NCBI RefSeq assembly: GCF_009834535.1
Contig: NC_045732.1
Location: 20,336,001-20,400,000 of the forward strand
Reading direction: 5' to 3'
DNA from: Camelus ferus
Lineage: Eukaryota
Length of the DNA: 64,000 nucleotides
Shown: positions 1 to 13,229 of the stretch, one piece after another
Layout of the letters: every line of letters begins with the position of its first letter
Numbering within the stretch: the stretch's first letter is position 1
The notes under the pieces: model-generated
Database searches by the model: none
What the model saw: the letters and a program-made list of their open reading frames with translations, nothing else
Told to the model about the DNA's origin: nothing
Made by a program: the position numbers and the translations under genes

Positions 1-1430
1 GGAAACTAATACAAAGTCTCTTCTCAGATATTTGACTTGCAAATATTTTCTCCTATTTTGTGGGGTTGACTCTTCACATTTTGTTCCTTGAGGGACAAAA
101 GTTTTTAATTTTGATAAAGTCCTATTTATCTATTTTTTCTTTCATCACTTGTGCTACTAGTGTCATATNNNNNNNNNNNNNNNNNNNNNNNNNNNNNNNN
201 NNNNNNNNNNNNNNNNNNNNNNNNNNNNNNNNNNNNNNNNNNNNNNNNNNNNNNNNNNNNNNNNNNNNNNNNNNNNNNNNNNNNNNNNNNNNNNNNNNNG
301 GAAGGGAGGGGTTCAACTTCATTATTTTCCATATGGATATTCAGTTATCCCAGAGCCATTTGTTGAAAAGATGATCATTTCCCACATTTAATTATCTTAA
401 AACCCTTGTCAAAAATCAAATGATCATAAAGGTAAGGACTTATTTCTGGACTCTCAATTCTAGTTCATTGGTCTACGTTTATATCCTTACACCACTACCA
501 CACTGTCTTGATTATTGTTGTTTTATAATAAATTTTGAAACTGGGAAGGATGAGCCCTCCCACTTTGTTTTTTTTCAAGATTATTTTGCCTATGTTGGGT
601 CCCTTGCATTTCCAAATGAATTTTGTAATCAGCTTGTCAATTTCTACAACAACAAAAAAAAAACCCAAACAGCTGAGGTGTTAATATGTACTGAATTGAA
701 TCTGTATACCAACTGGGAAATATTGCCATCTTAACAGTATTAGGTGTTCTAATCCATGAACATGGAATGTCTTTCCATTTATTTAGGTCTTCTTTATTTT
801 CCTTTAATGATGTTTCATACTTTTCAGTATAGAAGTCTTACATTTTTGTAAAATTTATTCCTAAGTATCATTCTTTAAGATGGTATGTAAAAGGAATTGT
901 TCTCTTAATTTCTTGTCTTTGTCTAATTGTTCCTTGTTAGTGTATAGAATGTAATTGATTTCTGTATACTGATCTTGGTAAATTCATTTATNNNNNNNNN
1001 NNNNNNNNNNNNNNNNNNNNNNNNNNNNNNNNNNNNNNNNNNNNNNNNNNNNNNNNNNNNNNNNNNNNNNNNNNNNNNNNNNNNNNNNNNNNNNNNNNNN
1101 NNNNNNNNNNNNNNNNNNNNNNNNNNNNNNNNNNNNNNNNNNNNNNNNNNNNNNNNNNNNNNNNNNNNNNNNNNNNNNNNNNNNNNNNNNNNATGCTAAA
1201 CAGAAACAGCAAGAATGGGCAGCCTTGTCTTGCATCTCATCTTAGGGGGAAAATCATTCAATTTTGCACTACAAAGTATGACGTCAACTGTGAGTTCTTC
1301 ATAGACGTCCTTTATCAGGTTGAAGAAGTTCATTTCTATTCCTAGTTTGTTCAATGCTTTTGTCATGAAAGGGTACTGAATTTTCTTGAATGCTTTTCCT
1401 GCATCTACTTAGATGATCGTGTGGCTGTGC
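1..1430 (-). mobile_element. Old LINE-1 (L1M-type) ORF2 fragment
   Basis: Typical antisense L1 ORF2 motifs (ttgcaaatattttctcc, ccatttgttgaaaaga, ttccattt atttaggtct, cttagggggaaa). Two N blocks inside. Confidence 0.85.
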
Positions 1431-1544
1431 CTTCTAATTACAGAGATAATAATGACCACTGAAAAGAAATCCAATTTCCAGCTCGCTTCCCCATCATGTT
1501 TCATTGTAGTAATCTGTTTGCCTTTCTTTGTTCCCTTCCAGCTG

Positions 1545-1650
1545 TGAGTTACCTGAGGCTAGGGGCCCACCTTGGTATACTCAATATCTAGTGACATGTC
1601 TAATACAGAGGAGTCATTCAATAAATGTTTGTGGAAATGATGAGAATGAA
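1545..1650 (+). mobile_element. L2 3' end
   Basis: Ends in cattcaataaatgtttgtggaaatga...gaatgaa, the L2 tail. Confidence 0.55.
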
Positions 1651-1969
1651 TTCATTCCTCAGAGGCATCTAAAAGAACCAGTGTGACCAAGAGCTAAAGG
1701 ATCCTTTCCATGAAAAGGGCTGTTGATGGCAAGACTGATTGGGATTAAGGTAGAAATGTTTTTAAGGTACAGTGTCACTTACCAGAAGTAATAAATACCA
1801 TCTGTCTCAAACACAAAGAATTAAAAAACTCAAGTAGGCAAGAGGCCTCATAGTATATAGAGTCATAGCTATAGTCTTCTTATAAAGATGGCTTTGGAAC
1901 CAGATAGCATTTTCAAACATCTATTTTTCCAATGCCCAAATTAAGAAGACAAAGTAGTAACAGTATATT

Positions 1970-2435
1970 CGTGGTAGATAGCAAAAGGGCAACAATTCTT
2001 CTATTCCTGTATCCACACCCCTTAGAATTCTCCAGTGAAGAAGCAGAGTCTTTTTCTCCACCTCCTGAGTTTGAGTTGGTCTTATGATTTGCTTTGACCA
2101 GCCCTAAGCCTAGGCCTCAAGAGGTTATGTATCCTTCCCTGCTCTGCTGGAATCCTGCTGCTGCTGAGAGATTCCAGACTCAGTTACTTGATTACCCCAG
2201 CCAATTCCTAGCCATCTCTCAGATGGAAGGCCACCTTAGACCAGCCTGTTGTAAGGTGACTGGCCAGCTGATCAACAACTCATCACCAACATGAGTGTGC
2301 TTAACTGAGACCAGAAGAACCACCCAGCTGAGTCTAGCCCAAATTGCCAACTCATAGAATTATGGGCTAAATAAATGGTGGTTAAGCCATTAAGTTTAGG
2401 GGCTATCTGTTACAAAGCAAAAGCTAACTGATACA
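1970..2435 (+). mobile_element. MaLR MLT1-family solo LTR
   Basis: Starts (c)gtggtaga, ends aagccattaagtttaggggc...tgttacaaagcaaaagctaactgataca, the MLT1 3' terminus. Confidence 0.8.
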
Positions 2436-3474
2436 GAGGTAATGTCCACATAAATTAGAAGACCAGGTCTATTCCTGGATAGTTAACTAACCAATTTTAC
2501 AACCTTGGCTAAGTCACTCTACCTTTTTGGACCTCAATTTCTAAACCAGAGAAACAAGGAAAGAAAGTAGACCAGTTCAGTGTTTTGCAAATATCATTAA
2601 GCTGACAAGGCCTTTCCACAAAGGATACTCTACAAGGAACCTCAGATGAAATAGATGAAAAGGGACCTGCTCTGGCTCTTGAGGAAGTTAAATCTCATCT
2701 GTTCAGCTTTCCTCTAACTCACCCCCTCTTTCTCCCCACCTCCACTCCCTGAAATGGCACCCCAGCAATCTGTGGATAAAGTCTGGAATGTATTTTGCCA
2801 TTCAGTTTTTTCTAAGTTTTCTTAGGGGCTAACATTCTACAATTCCAGGCGTGAAGGGGAGACTTAGTTTTGCATGAATCAAGCCAGGTTGGCTCCTTGA
2901 GTAGCACTGTCCAACTATGTGGTAATTAGTTGTTTACTTGTCTGTCTCCTCCAACAGACTGTGAGCAATTCAGCTACAAAGACTGCTCTTCCTCCTTTTA
3001 GAGGTCCTTCCCCTACCCCTATGCGTACCACAGGCCCCTTAATACAAAGCATCTAGCCAAGAAATACCTTGTGAGTGGATGCTTAGATAAACTGATGGGT
3101 AGATGGGTAGATATACAGATGGATGGATGGAAGGAAGAATGAATGAACAAATGATCACATGAATGGATAATTCATCAGATAATAAATGAATAAACAAATG
3201 AGCACATGAGTAACTTTGATATTTTTTCACAATGTTTCAAAGATAGAATCAATTTAGCCTTCTCTCTTAGCGGAAGACCAGGGCTCCAAATAACATTTTT
3301 AGCATTGTCTGATTACTCTCAGCAAAAATCTTGCAACAACAGTAACTAAATGAGCACATCTTGAAGAGCAACCCCCGTTATTTTCTCAGATTTCCTATCA
3401 TTAATTCCTTTCAAGGACAGGAAGCATCTCTCCTCATGCCACAAGTCTGAAAACGCCAGCCAGCCTCCCCTCAA

Positions 3475-3496
3475 CCCCAACCCCAACCCCAACCCC
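3475..3496 (-). repeat. (GGGGTT)3GGGG hexamer repeat, G-quadruplex motif
   Basis: ccccaaccccaaccccaacccc on the + strand. Confidence 0.85.
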
Positions 3497-4329
3497 ACGG
3501 ATCACCCTCCCCCACTTGGCAGTTGGCATACATGCCCGAGGATTTACTTGCACGCTACATAAACAGAACCTTCTGCAAAATTTCTGCCTCACTTGTCCAC
3601 CAATGGTTTTCCCAGAGAAAGATCACTTCATATGCCACCCACTTTGGCTGTGTGGCCATGATGAGGGTGGGGTTCCTGGGGCCGGCCTGCAGATTTCCAG
3701 CTGTGTGCTGAGAGCAGGAAGCCCATGGGGAAGTGCATTGGCTCAGACCAAGGATTTTCCTGTCCTTATTTAAAGCTTCTGCTTCCTGCTCTAAGTTCTT
3801 AATGACTACCTTCCATTTAAAAGCATCTTGAGCTTTAAAGGAGGCTAAGTTCAACAGTACTGTAAGTCAAGATAATCTGGCCAGAAAGTAGTCTGATGAA
3901 TTTAGTATCTTTTTTTTTTCAAGGTGGGGAATGAGCATGAAAAAATGCAATCTGGAACAGAAATAGAAATAAATCCCAGAGAACTGATGCAACATCACTG
4001 GGATAAAGCCGTAAGTAGGGATGCTTGGTCATCTTTTGAGTTTGAAGAGATTAAAGTCATGTTTCATATTCTTGTTATTCTGTTATTTAAACTAGGTGTC
4101 TCAACGGATATATGTCCTGCCATAATGTTCTTTAAAGTTCCCAGAACACTCTGCATGCACAATAATTATGGTGTAGAGTAGACATCTTATTTTATACCAT
4201 CAGTCTATTCCTTAAAAGTCACAGGGCATCAAATTGTTTTGCAATGGAATCATTATGTCATTTGAAAACTTTCATTACCCTTTGTATTACAAAAGTAACA
4301 TGGAGAAGCAAAAAGGATCTCCCTTCTCA

Positions 4330-5330
4330 AAAAAAAGAAAGTTATCTATAATCCCACATGCCAGAGATAACCACTGTTAACATTCTAGAGCAGTGTTTTT
4401 CAAACTATGGCTTGTGGCCCATTAGGAGATCATGAAATCAACTCAGTGGGTCACAATCAGCATCTTAAAAAATGAAACAGAAAAAAGGAGAAGAGGAGGG
4501 AAATAGAATTGGAATAAAGTAGAATACGGTAAGGGAGGATAGAATAAGATAAAATAGTAAAGAAAAGAAAAAAATAAACATATCAGAATGCATCACATAG
4601 AAAAAAGTATGGTTAATAAAACTATTGTTTCAGCTACATGCATCTACTGAGTCACAGATGTGAAACATATTTCTCATTGTGGATCATGATCAAAACATAT
4701 TTTAAAAGTACTGATTTGGTGTATATCCCTCCAGACATTTTCTCCTATATTCCTACATCTTCTTAATAAACATGCAATAGTCTGCATACTATTTAGTAGT
4801 AAGTCTTCTTAACTTTGGAATGTATCGTAAACATATTTTTGAGTTAATAAATACCTATTTGTATCATTTTAATGGCAGTAGACTATTTCACCATTCCAAT
4901 ATATAGTAATGTTTGCTGTACCAACAGAGAGTAATGCTGCTTATTCAATCAATTTTCCATTATCACTTAGGGTATTTCCAATAATTCTTAATTACAAGCA
5001 ACACTGAGGCATCTATACATTCTTTTATTTTACTTACTTAGGTTTTCTTAGGTTAAATTCTGAAGTGAAATCTCTTGCATACTGTTTTTTAATATATTAA
5101 TTTCGTAAAGGCCAACTGCCTACCAGAAAATTCATACCAACTCCACACTTTGATCAGCAGCATCTGAAAATTACACCAATTCACACTTCCATCAGCAATG
5201 TCCGAAAGTACCCTCATGCCTACCCCATCCTCATTTCCACCCCGAACCTGACCATTATCAGTTTCTCATTTTGGCCTATTTGAATAAACAGAAAAAATGG
5301 CAATTTATTTTAATTTGCATTGATTAGTTA
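4330..5330 (-). mobile_element. Ancient L1ME-like 3' fragment interrupted by a DNA transposon
   Basis: ataatcccac...cagagataaccactgttaacatt resumes after the insertion as gtgtatatccctccagacattttt. Later attttcc...ggtatttcca and ttttaatttgcatt motifs. Confidence 0.6.
4391..4713. mobile_element. Non-autonomous hAT-Charlie DNA transposon
   Basis: CAGTG...TACTG termini. Preceded by ttctagag, the Charlie TCTAGA target preference. Confidence 0.7.
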
Positions 5331-5920
5331 CCTGAGTTGAGGTCACTCACAGTTAATTTACACCTGTCTCCAAGCAACACTATGTAATACAAATAGGCAA
5401 CCACAGAGCTAGAAAAGAATACTCTGTATCTTTTGGGTCTAGGTAGTAAAGGCCTTGATATATAAAATGACTCCTGCTACAGCAAATGCCTTATTTTATA
5501 CAATCAGTATGCTCCCCAAAACTACTAAGTTACACCCGAACAACTAATTAGTTACAGCCAGACATGTAGACACTGGCTCACCCAATTACACATGTTAACA
5601 TCCAACATAGCCATATGCCTATGTCAGATGCATGGTAGGTACTTCTTGATTCATGGACCTTTCTGCCCAGAGGTCCCAATTCCAGCCCTTCCAAGCATCC
5701 CAGGTCCCACCTGGACATCAGTCATATGTTTTGTTTTGTTTTTTTGTCTCTGTTTCCCCATCATAAACTGTGAGACAGAAGGCTGTAACAGGGATGATAA
5801 GGTGGGAGGAACCAGGCCCCACACAGAGAGGAGCTGGGTAGGGTAAACAGAGGACCAAGACTGAAGACGGTGAGCCACATTTGAATCCTGGAAGAGGTCC
5901 TTTTAAACAGTGTGCTCTTA

Positions 5921-6569
5921 AAAGGGAACCTTCCTACACTGTTGGTAGGAATGTAAATTAGTGTAGCCACTATGGAAAATAGTATGGAGGTTTCCTAAAA
6001 AACTAAAAACAGATGATCAAGCAATCCCACTCCTGGGCATATATCCAGAAAAGACAAAAACACTAATTCTGAAAGATTCATGCACCCCCATGTCCACAGN
6101 NNNNNNNNNNNNNNNNNNNNNNNNNNNNNNNNNNNNNNNNNNNNNNNNNNNNNNNNNNNNNNNNNNNNNNNNNNNNNNNNNNNNNNNNNNNNNNNNNNNN
6201 NNNNNNNNNNNNNNNNNNNNNNNNNNNNNNNNNNNNNNNNNNNNNNNNNNNNNNAGCAATATGGATGGACCTTGAGATTATCATACTAAGTGAAGTAAGT
6301 CAGAAAGAAAAAGACAAATACCATATCACTTATATGTGGAATCTAAAATAAAATGATACAAATGAACTTATTTACAAAACAGAAAGAGGCTCACAGACAT
6401 AGAAAACAAACTTATGGTTACCAAAGGAGAATAGAAGAGGGGTGGATAAATTGGGAATTTGGGATTAATAGATACACAGTACTACATATAAAATAGATAA
6501 ACAACAAGGACCTACTGAATAGCATGGGCAACTATTTTCCATATCTAAAATGGAAAATAATTTTAAAAA

Positions 6570-6617
<48 letters not shown>

Positions 6618-6679
6618 TTAATGACTTTGCTGTACAACTGAAACATTATAAATCAACTATACTTCAATTTTTGTTAAAA
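5921..6679 (+). mobile_element. 5'-truncated cetartiodactyl L1 (end of ORF2 + 3' UTR) with TSD
   Basis: aaaagggaaccttcctacactgttggt...aaatcaactatacttcaatt. TSD AGTGTGCTCTTA at 5909-5920 and 6680-6691. Confidence 0.95.
6572..6614. repeat. (AT)~21 microsatellite within the L1 3' UTR
   Basis: Read directly. Confidence 0.95.
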
Positions 6680-8529
6680 AGTGTGCTCTTATAGCCACTA
6701 GTGGAGCCTCTGTCTCCTCATCTATCAAAAAAAAATCATATTTCCATCACAGCATTTTGAGGGGCTTGTGAAATAACATGAGTTAGTACTAGCATTTGTT
6801 GTGTGACTGCTTTCTGCTAAGCGAATGTGTGGGTGTAAACGTGTGTGCACATCCTCAAATTTGCTTGACATCCACCTGAACATGTTTAGAAGAATTCACT
6901 TGATAACAGTCATCTCAGACACAAATTCAGTCATCTTCTAAAAACTAGGGGCAGGGCTGGCTACAGGAAAAGTCCAAGAGGTAAAGAAGAAGAAACTATA
7001 GGCCCTGGTCTCAGCTGTGCCCCTCAGAAGAGAAAGGCAACTCCAGACAAGCAGTGGATTCAAGCAAGAGTTACCTGGGTCCTCAGTCAATCTGGATTTT
7101 GAAAACCCTCTTATTCTGCATAAAACTCTTCTTCATTTCACACCTGGTAAGTAAAGAAAAGCCTGTCCTTGCCGCCCTTCCCCCATCCCCACCCCAGCCT
7201 GCAACTCCTGACTTCACAGAGCGGTCTCACCAGGCCTCTGGTTTTTAAAAACCCAAAGTCAGCTACAGAGTCACCTCAACATTTGAAGAAACTCTGAGTT
7301 AACGGTCTGAAGAAGTTCCCTCATGGAAAAATCAGCTCACTTATCCTCTAGTTGGGAAAAGGAATGAAGCAAAGTAAAGTTGCAAACCCTGGTCAAATGT
7401 ATCATAAAACTCCACTTTCAAAGGCCCAACTGTGTGTCACTTGGCAGCAGGGTCCCCTGGGGGCTTCTCACAACCATCTTTCAGACTTAACTGTAAAGGC
7501 TTCACACACCTTCACACCCAAAGTAACCAAATGTTCCATCCAAACACACGGCCGCCGTGGGGCTGCTTGCCTCAAAGATGTTTCGGATACTCCCGGGGGC
7601 TTGAAGGAGAAGGCTGGGCCTATCAGAGTCAGCCCTCAATTCTCCAAACACTCACTTCAAACCAAACAGTAAGGGAGCCTGTGAAGCTGGGGTAGGGTGG
7701 GGTTTCTACGACTCACTGAGCACAGGACTTCAAATCTCAGCAGCGGAGTCTGGGAAGCTGAACCTGTGTCAGGGCTTTGAAAGAAAGTCCCGTGGGCAGT
7801 TTTAGAATTTGCTTGAGGCATCTCAACCCCCAGAATCTACAAAGTTCCATCTAGTCGAGGTTGCTATGCATCAGGTATCTAAGGCCCTCAAAGCAGGGCC
7901 CCAAGAATAAACTCTCTCAGCGGGGCTGAAGGGCCTTCCCCTCTTCGGTGTCTCTTGCCCTTCTGAAGAAATGCTCTGCTTTGCTTAGATTTGGCATAAA
8001 ACTTCAATGGCAGGCGCCATTAGAGGAGGCTACTGCTGATTCAGCTCTAAAGCTCGTCCCTCCAAGTCGTTAGAGAGCTCATCACTCCTCCCCTCCCACC
8101 CCCTCCCCAAGGGAAGGAAGCAATCTGCAAATCCAAAAGGATTCTCCTTCTCACAGAGGAAGAGCTGGAGCGGCACCAATAAAGATTCCAATGTCAACCT
8201 CTGAGGACATGGAGTTTGCGAGTGATTTGAAACCGAGCTTTGTGAAGAGCCCTTGTCTGAGAATCAAAAGGCCCCGTAACTATGTTTTAATATAAAAAGA
8301 GGCGGAAAAATGGTCCTTTGAAGTAAACTACATCTCCTTCCATTGAGACACCAAAACTTTGCCATTAAAGATCAGTAATAATCTTTACATTTCAGAAAAA
8401 TAGAACCAAACTTGTGCTTGGTCTAGAAGCCAAGACACAGCAAGGAAGAAGATCAGTGAGGGTCACAGCCTTGACTTACCTTTCAGACAAAGAGAGTTTT
8501 GTAAAACTCCAAGTCTGGGAGTTTTTGTC

Positions 8530-9000
8530 CAAAAGAAATGTGTAGGTACATTCACCAAAGGACAGGAACTAGAATGTTCATAGCAGCATCGTTCAGAATA
8601 GCCCAAACTGGAAACTCTCCAAATGGCCATCAGTAGTAGAATGGACAGATAAATCATGGTATAGTCATACAATGGAATACCAAAGTAATGAAAATAATTG
8701 AATGACAGCTACTACATACAACATGAATGGGTCACATAAATATAATTTTGAGCCAAAAATTTCATATGTAAAAAAGCATGTACCATATTATTCCACAACA
8801 GGTTGTTAGAAGTCAGGACTACGGCCACTTTGGGGGGGGGGGTGCCTGGAAGGGACTGGCAGGACTTCCTGAGGGTGGCACATGCTGTTTCTCATTCCAG
8901 GTGCTGGCTGAAGAGTGATGTTCAATTTGTAAAAATTCAATGAGCTGTACACTTATAATTTGTGCACATTGCTTTGTGCTGTAATTAGATCTCAAAAGTT
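8530..9000 (+). mobile_element. Old L1 (L1MC/L1ME-like) 3' fragment
   Basis: gaatgttcatagcagca...cccaaactggaaa...catacaatggaatac...gctgtacacttataatttgtgcac. Confidence 0.75.
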
Positions 9001-9354
9001 TTACAAATATGTGTATATCATTTCTATATTGGGGAGAGGAGAGAGAAAGAGAATGAAGGAATGAAGGAATGAATATGAATGAATTCTTTTAGTTCCAGGT
9101 AGGAACATTTCTCGAGAACCTAGAACTCTGTTAACAAGTTTTGATTTCCACTTGCTTACTTGAGGAAAGCTGTGATACTGCTCTGGTCACACACAGAAAC
9201 TCTTCATGTCTCTCAGGGAAAAAAAAGACTCAACAGTTTAGTGCCCCTTTTATTCAGTGAAAGAAGACCAAACACTTGGGAGTAATTCTGTCATCTGTGC
9301 ATTTTCAAGAAAACCAGTTCCTTTTTCTCCCTTTCTCTCCCCACGCTATACCTC

Positions 9355-9745
9355 TATGTGAGTCAGGGTCAGATAACTGCTTTAACAAATATCCCCTAAA
9401 TCTCACAATAAAAGTTGACTTCTCCCTCAAGTGAAAGCCAAACAAGTGTTGGCCGACAGCCTGGTGTGTGGTGATTCTAGGACCCAGGCTCCTTCTATCT
9501 GGTGGCTCTACCATCCCTTAGCACCTTGGAGTCCTCTGCTAAGTCCTCTGCATGCAGCCAGCAGAGTATGGGAGAAGTAAGCTGCAGAGGATGGTGTAGG
9601 AGCTTTTATATGCCCATCCCAGAGTAGAGCAATTATTCCTCCCACATTCCATAGGATAGAACTCAGTCACATGATCTCATCTAACTACAAGGGAGTCTGG
9701 GAAGTGTAGTCTAGCTGTGTGCCCAGGGGGAAAAAAAACGTAAAG
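9355..9745 (-). mobile_element. MaLR MLT1 (J/K-like) LTR
   Basis: ggacccaggctccttctatctggtggctctaccatc...gaactcagtcacatg...aagggagtctgggaagtgtagtctagctgtgtgcccagg. Confidence 0.7.
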
Positions 9746-10219
9746 AGCTGTGAACACCTTATCCATTCTCTATCATGCTTTGCCCAGATCTATCATCTCC
9801 TCTCTCCTGCTAGCTGTTCCATGCCTGGTGTTTGAGTGCAAGCAGCAGAAGACAGAGCCCTGGACAAGTCATTACAGGACACGATACAGCCAGTCCCAGG
9901 AAGTGAGGGCATGGGTGTCTGCACTCAGCACCACTTCCACAGTGGCCTAGGTCCTCAGCCAGCCCTCCTCCGCCATCAGAAGTCCACACCCCCCAACAGT
10001 GAGGGTGTTATACCAACCGGTGCTAAATTGTCCTTGCAGTATCCCACAACATGAGCTAGACCAGCCAAGCCAGAAAGCGAGATGGCATTCTTCTGTCCTT
10101 GTTTTCACCATGCATCAAGCCAGCCAGAATATTTATATTGGTTGAGGAGCCACAGGGGCTGGGTTTTATCCATTTTTATATCTATTTCCTTTACCCAAGC
10201 CCCCTGTTACTGACAACCA

Positions 10220-10445
10220 TAAAACAACAAAAATAGTAGCATCAATGGCACACAGGTATTAATTAGCCTATACTATGTATTCTGTGTACGTGCCACACAC
10301 CACCGCCCTGTCCATGGACTGACTCATTTCATCTTCACCGCAACTCTATGTGGTGAGTACTCAGTATCCCCACTTCACAGATAAGGAAAGTAAGAAACAG
10401 GAACTATGAATTGTCGCACATCTGGCAAGTGTCAGAACTGAGAAA
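10220..10445 (-). mobile_element. MIR SINE
   Basis: tcatttcatcttcaccgcaactctatg...tatccccacttcacagataaggaaa core. Confidence 0.6.
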
Positions 10446-11128
10446 GTCAAAGACTGACATATACTTTTACTAGAAAGGCTACTGGGATTAAGAACACAGC
10501 CTGTGATCATGACTAAATCCCAGTCCCTCAGGGAGCAAACCTTGAACCTCAGCTTCCTAAGGAGGCCTTGATCCAACCAAGGTGAACAGGCCACAGAAAA
10601 GCACGCAGAGCAACTTGGAAAGAAAGCAAAGTCCAAACTGAGAAATAAAGAAGGGTGTCTCTTTGGTTTGGGGTTTGTTTTTTTTTAATTTTCCTTCTCA
10701 CTCAACAGCCATTAAAAACTTTATATTGACAAATCAATCAAGAAAACCTATAAGGGCTTTCAAATTTACCTTGACAAGCCAATACTCTTAGCCTGCACCA
10801 CTTACTGTCTATGCAAATGTATTTGGAAGTGAATCTCATTTCTCACTATCACCTCCCACTCCATCACCAGCCTGGGATTCGTTGGTCTTGGCCTAAGGGA
10901 CAAAGGGTTGAAATAAAGCCATACAAGCAGCAACCTTATGCAATATATTTTCCTTTCTGCAATTGGATTAGTTTTAATTAGCAAGGGCTCAAACTTTGCC
11001 AGATGAGCACTAGTGACATCCGATACCTGAGCAAGGTTCCAAAATCTCTTCTCTCACACCAAAGGCATTTAACCCAAGTGAAACTCTCAGGAAACGTTCC
11101 AGGGCATTCTTCCCGGTGTCTCTTCTTC

Positions 11129-11727
11129 AGTCTAGATGCACTTAGATATAATCATTAGAAATCAAATTTCAAACAACTTTCTTCATCCTCCACATGGCCC
11201 CAAACTTTGAAGCATCCTTCTCTCCTGTCTATGAAGCAGAAAGTCCCTTGACTTCTCACCTGGAAAAGGATTTCTGTGGTATTTATTCATGCTACACTTT
11301 ACCCTCCTCAAAATTAATCTGGAGAATCAAAGTCTCAATAAACATGCGCCATCTTGCAAATTGAAGCACTTCAGAGTTGAGGAGGTGGCTGGCCAAAGCA
11401 GAACTCTGATGCGAAACTAAAATGGAAACTACAGCTTTACTCGCATTATTAAAATATAAATACAGGCTGGAGGAACAGAGTCCAGATGCATGCTGGAGAG
11501 AAACATAAATATTGATATTATATTCTAATGAACATTATGTCTCACTGGCTGTCATCCTTCCTTACAGCTCCTAGTTCTCCCTTCCCTTTGATGTCTAGTA
11601 ACAAACTCAAGAGTAGCCAAACTCTAGAGTAGGGCTTCTTATTTAAGTCTAGATGCACTTAGATGTGTAATCATTAGAAATCAAATTTCAAACAACTTTC
11701 CTTATCCTCCACCAGGCTTCAAGCATC
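11129..11727 (+). repeat. Pair of ~85-bp imperfect direct repeats (11129-11216 and 11646-11727)
   Basis: agtctagatgcacttagat..aatcattagaaatcaaatttcaaacaactttc..atcctccac...aagcatc occurs twice, 517 bp apart. Confidence 0.9.
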
Positions 11728-12007
11728 AACATGAGCTGAAAACACAGCTACAAATCAGCATTCCTGGCTACTTAAAAATTTGCCTTACGAGTAACAAGTT
11801 CTTTTTATTCCATGTCTTTTTAAATATTATTTTAGCTTTATCTTAGAAAAACTCCTACTTCTCGGTTACCCCTGGGGCCTCTGAGGCTAGATTCTTATCC
11901 TTGTGTCAAACAGGGCTCTCCCTAAAGCTCGGCACCACGATGTCATAAACAGCCAGACCATCAAACCAAAGTGAGGAAACGCCACTGTTCCATTGTGTGT
12001 TAGAAAT

Positions 12008-12295
12008 CTTTTTTTTTCTTTCAAATCTTTTTTTAAATTGAGGTATAACTGACATATAGCATGTTATTAGTTTCAGGTGTACAACATAATGATTAAAATA
12101 TTTGTATATATTATGATATGATTGCTGTATGTCTAGTTAACATCTACCACCTCACACAGTTACATTTTTTCCTTGTGGTGAGAATTTTTAAGATCTACTC
12201 TCTTAGCAACTGTCAAATATACATTATTATTGACTAGAGTCACCATGCTGTACATTACAGCCCCAGGACTTATTTTTCTTGTACCTGGAAGTTTG
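12008..12295 (-). mobile_element. L1 3' UTR end (L1MA-like)
   Basis: poly-T, then aattgaggtataactgacata...gtgtacaacataatgatt...gtcaccatgctgtacatta. Confidence 0.8.
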
Positions 12296-12727
12296 CTACT
12301 TTGCAAACCTTATACATGGACTTGCTGGTTCTTAGCCTGATCCTACTGGAGAGCCCAGAAGTTTCTGTGGAATCATTACCTTCCACACCCATTTTCATAC
12401 AACAGCCCCAGTAGAGGCTAGTGCGAAGACACCAGAGTTCAAATACTGCTTTCTTAACTCAAAAGAACAATATCTACCTGAAATGAGGGAATAGTCTCTA
12501 TGTTCACAGGGGTGTGGATTACATGGGTGACTACAGTTGTTAAAATTCACCAAACTACAAACCTGGCACCTGTACACTTCACTGTATGGAAATTATACAT
12601 TGATTTTTTCTAAAAAAAGTATTCATTAGAATACCTTTTCAATTTTTCCAAGACAGCACGATAAGATTAATCAACAAATCTCTAGGAGAAGTACCTCCTT
12701 CCTCACCATTCAAAGTGGTTTTGTAAA

Positions 12728-13027
12728 CAGAAACAGACTCACAGACATAGAAAACAAACTTATGGTTACCAGCGGGGAGGGGGGTGGGAAGGGATAAATT
12801 GGGAGTTCGAGACTTGTAGATATTGACAGGTATATATAGAATAAACAAGTTTATACTATATAGCACAGGGAAATACCTTCAAGATCTTGTAGTAGCTCAC
12901 AGTGGAAAAGAATATAAAAATGAATATATGTATGTACATGTATGACTGAAACATTATGCTGTACCCCAGAAATTGACACAACATTGTAAACTATACCTCA
13001 ATTTAAAAATTTTTTTTAAATAAAAAA
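12728..13027 (+). mobile_element. Young 300-bp L1 3' end with 17-bp TSD
   Basis: cagaaacagactcacagacatagaaaacaaacttatggttacc...ccagaaattgacacaacattgtaaa. TSD CAAAGTGGTTTTGTAAA at 12711-12727 and 13028-13044. Confidence 0.95.
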
Positions 13028-13229
13028 CAAAGTGGTTTTGTAAAATGCATTAGTTTTTGCTGTTGTTGCTTTTTTTTTTCTCCTAGAAGGAGCAAGACAC
13101 ACTATAGCATTGATTCCTTTGGAACAAGCCTGGCAAAGTTAGAGTAGAGGAGGGCTTTCCTTTTCTTTTTAATTTTATGCCCTTCTGTATGGACTGAACT
13201 ACCCAGCTCTGAACTTGAAACAAAAAATG

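Noticed and set aside
3085-3200. (TGGA/TGAA)n-rich stretch
   Set aside because: Ordinary degenerate L2-tail simple repeat.
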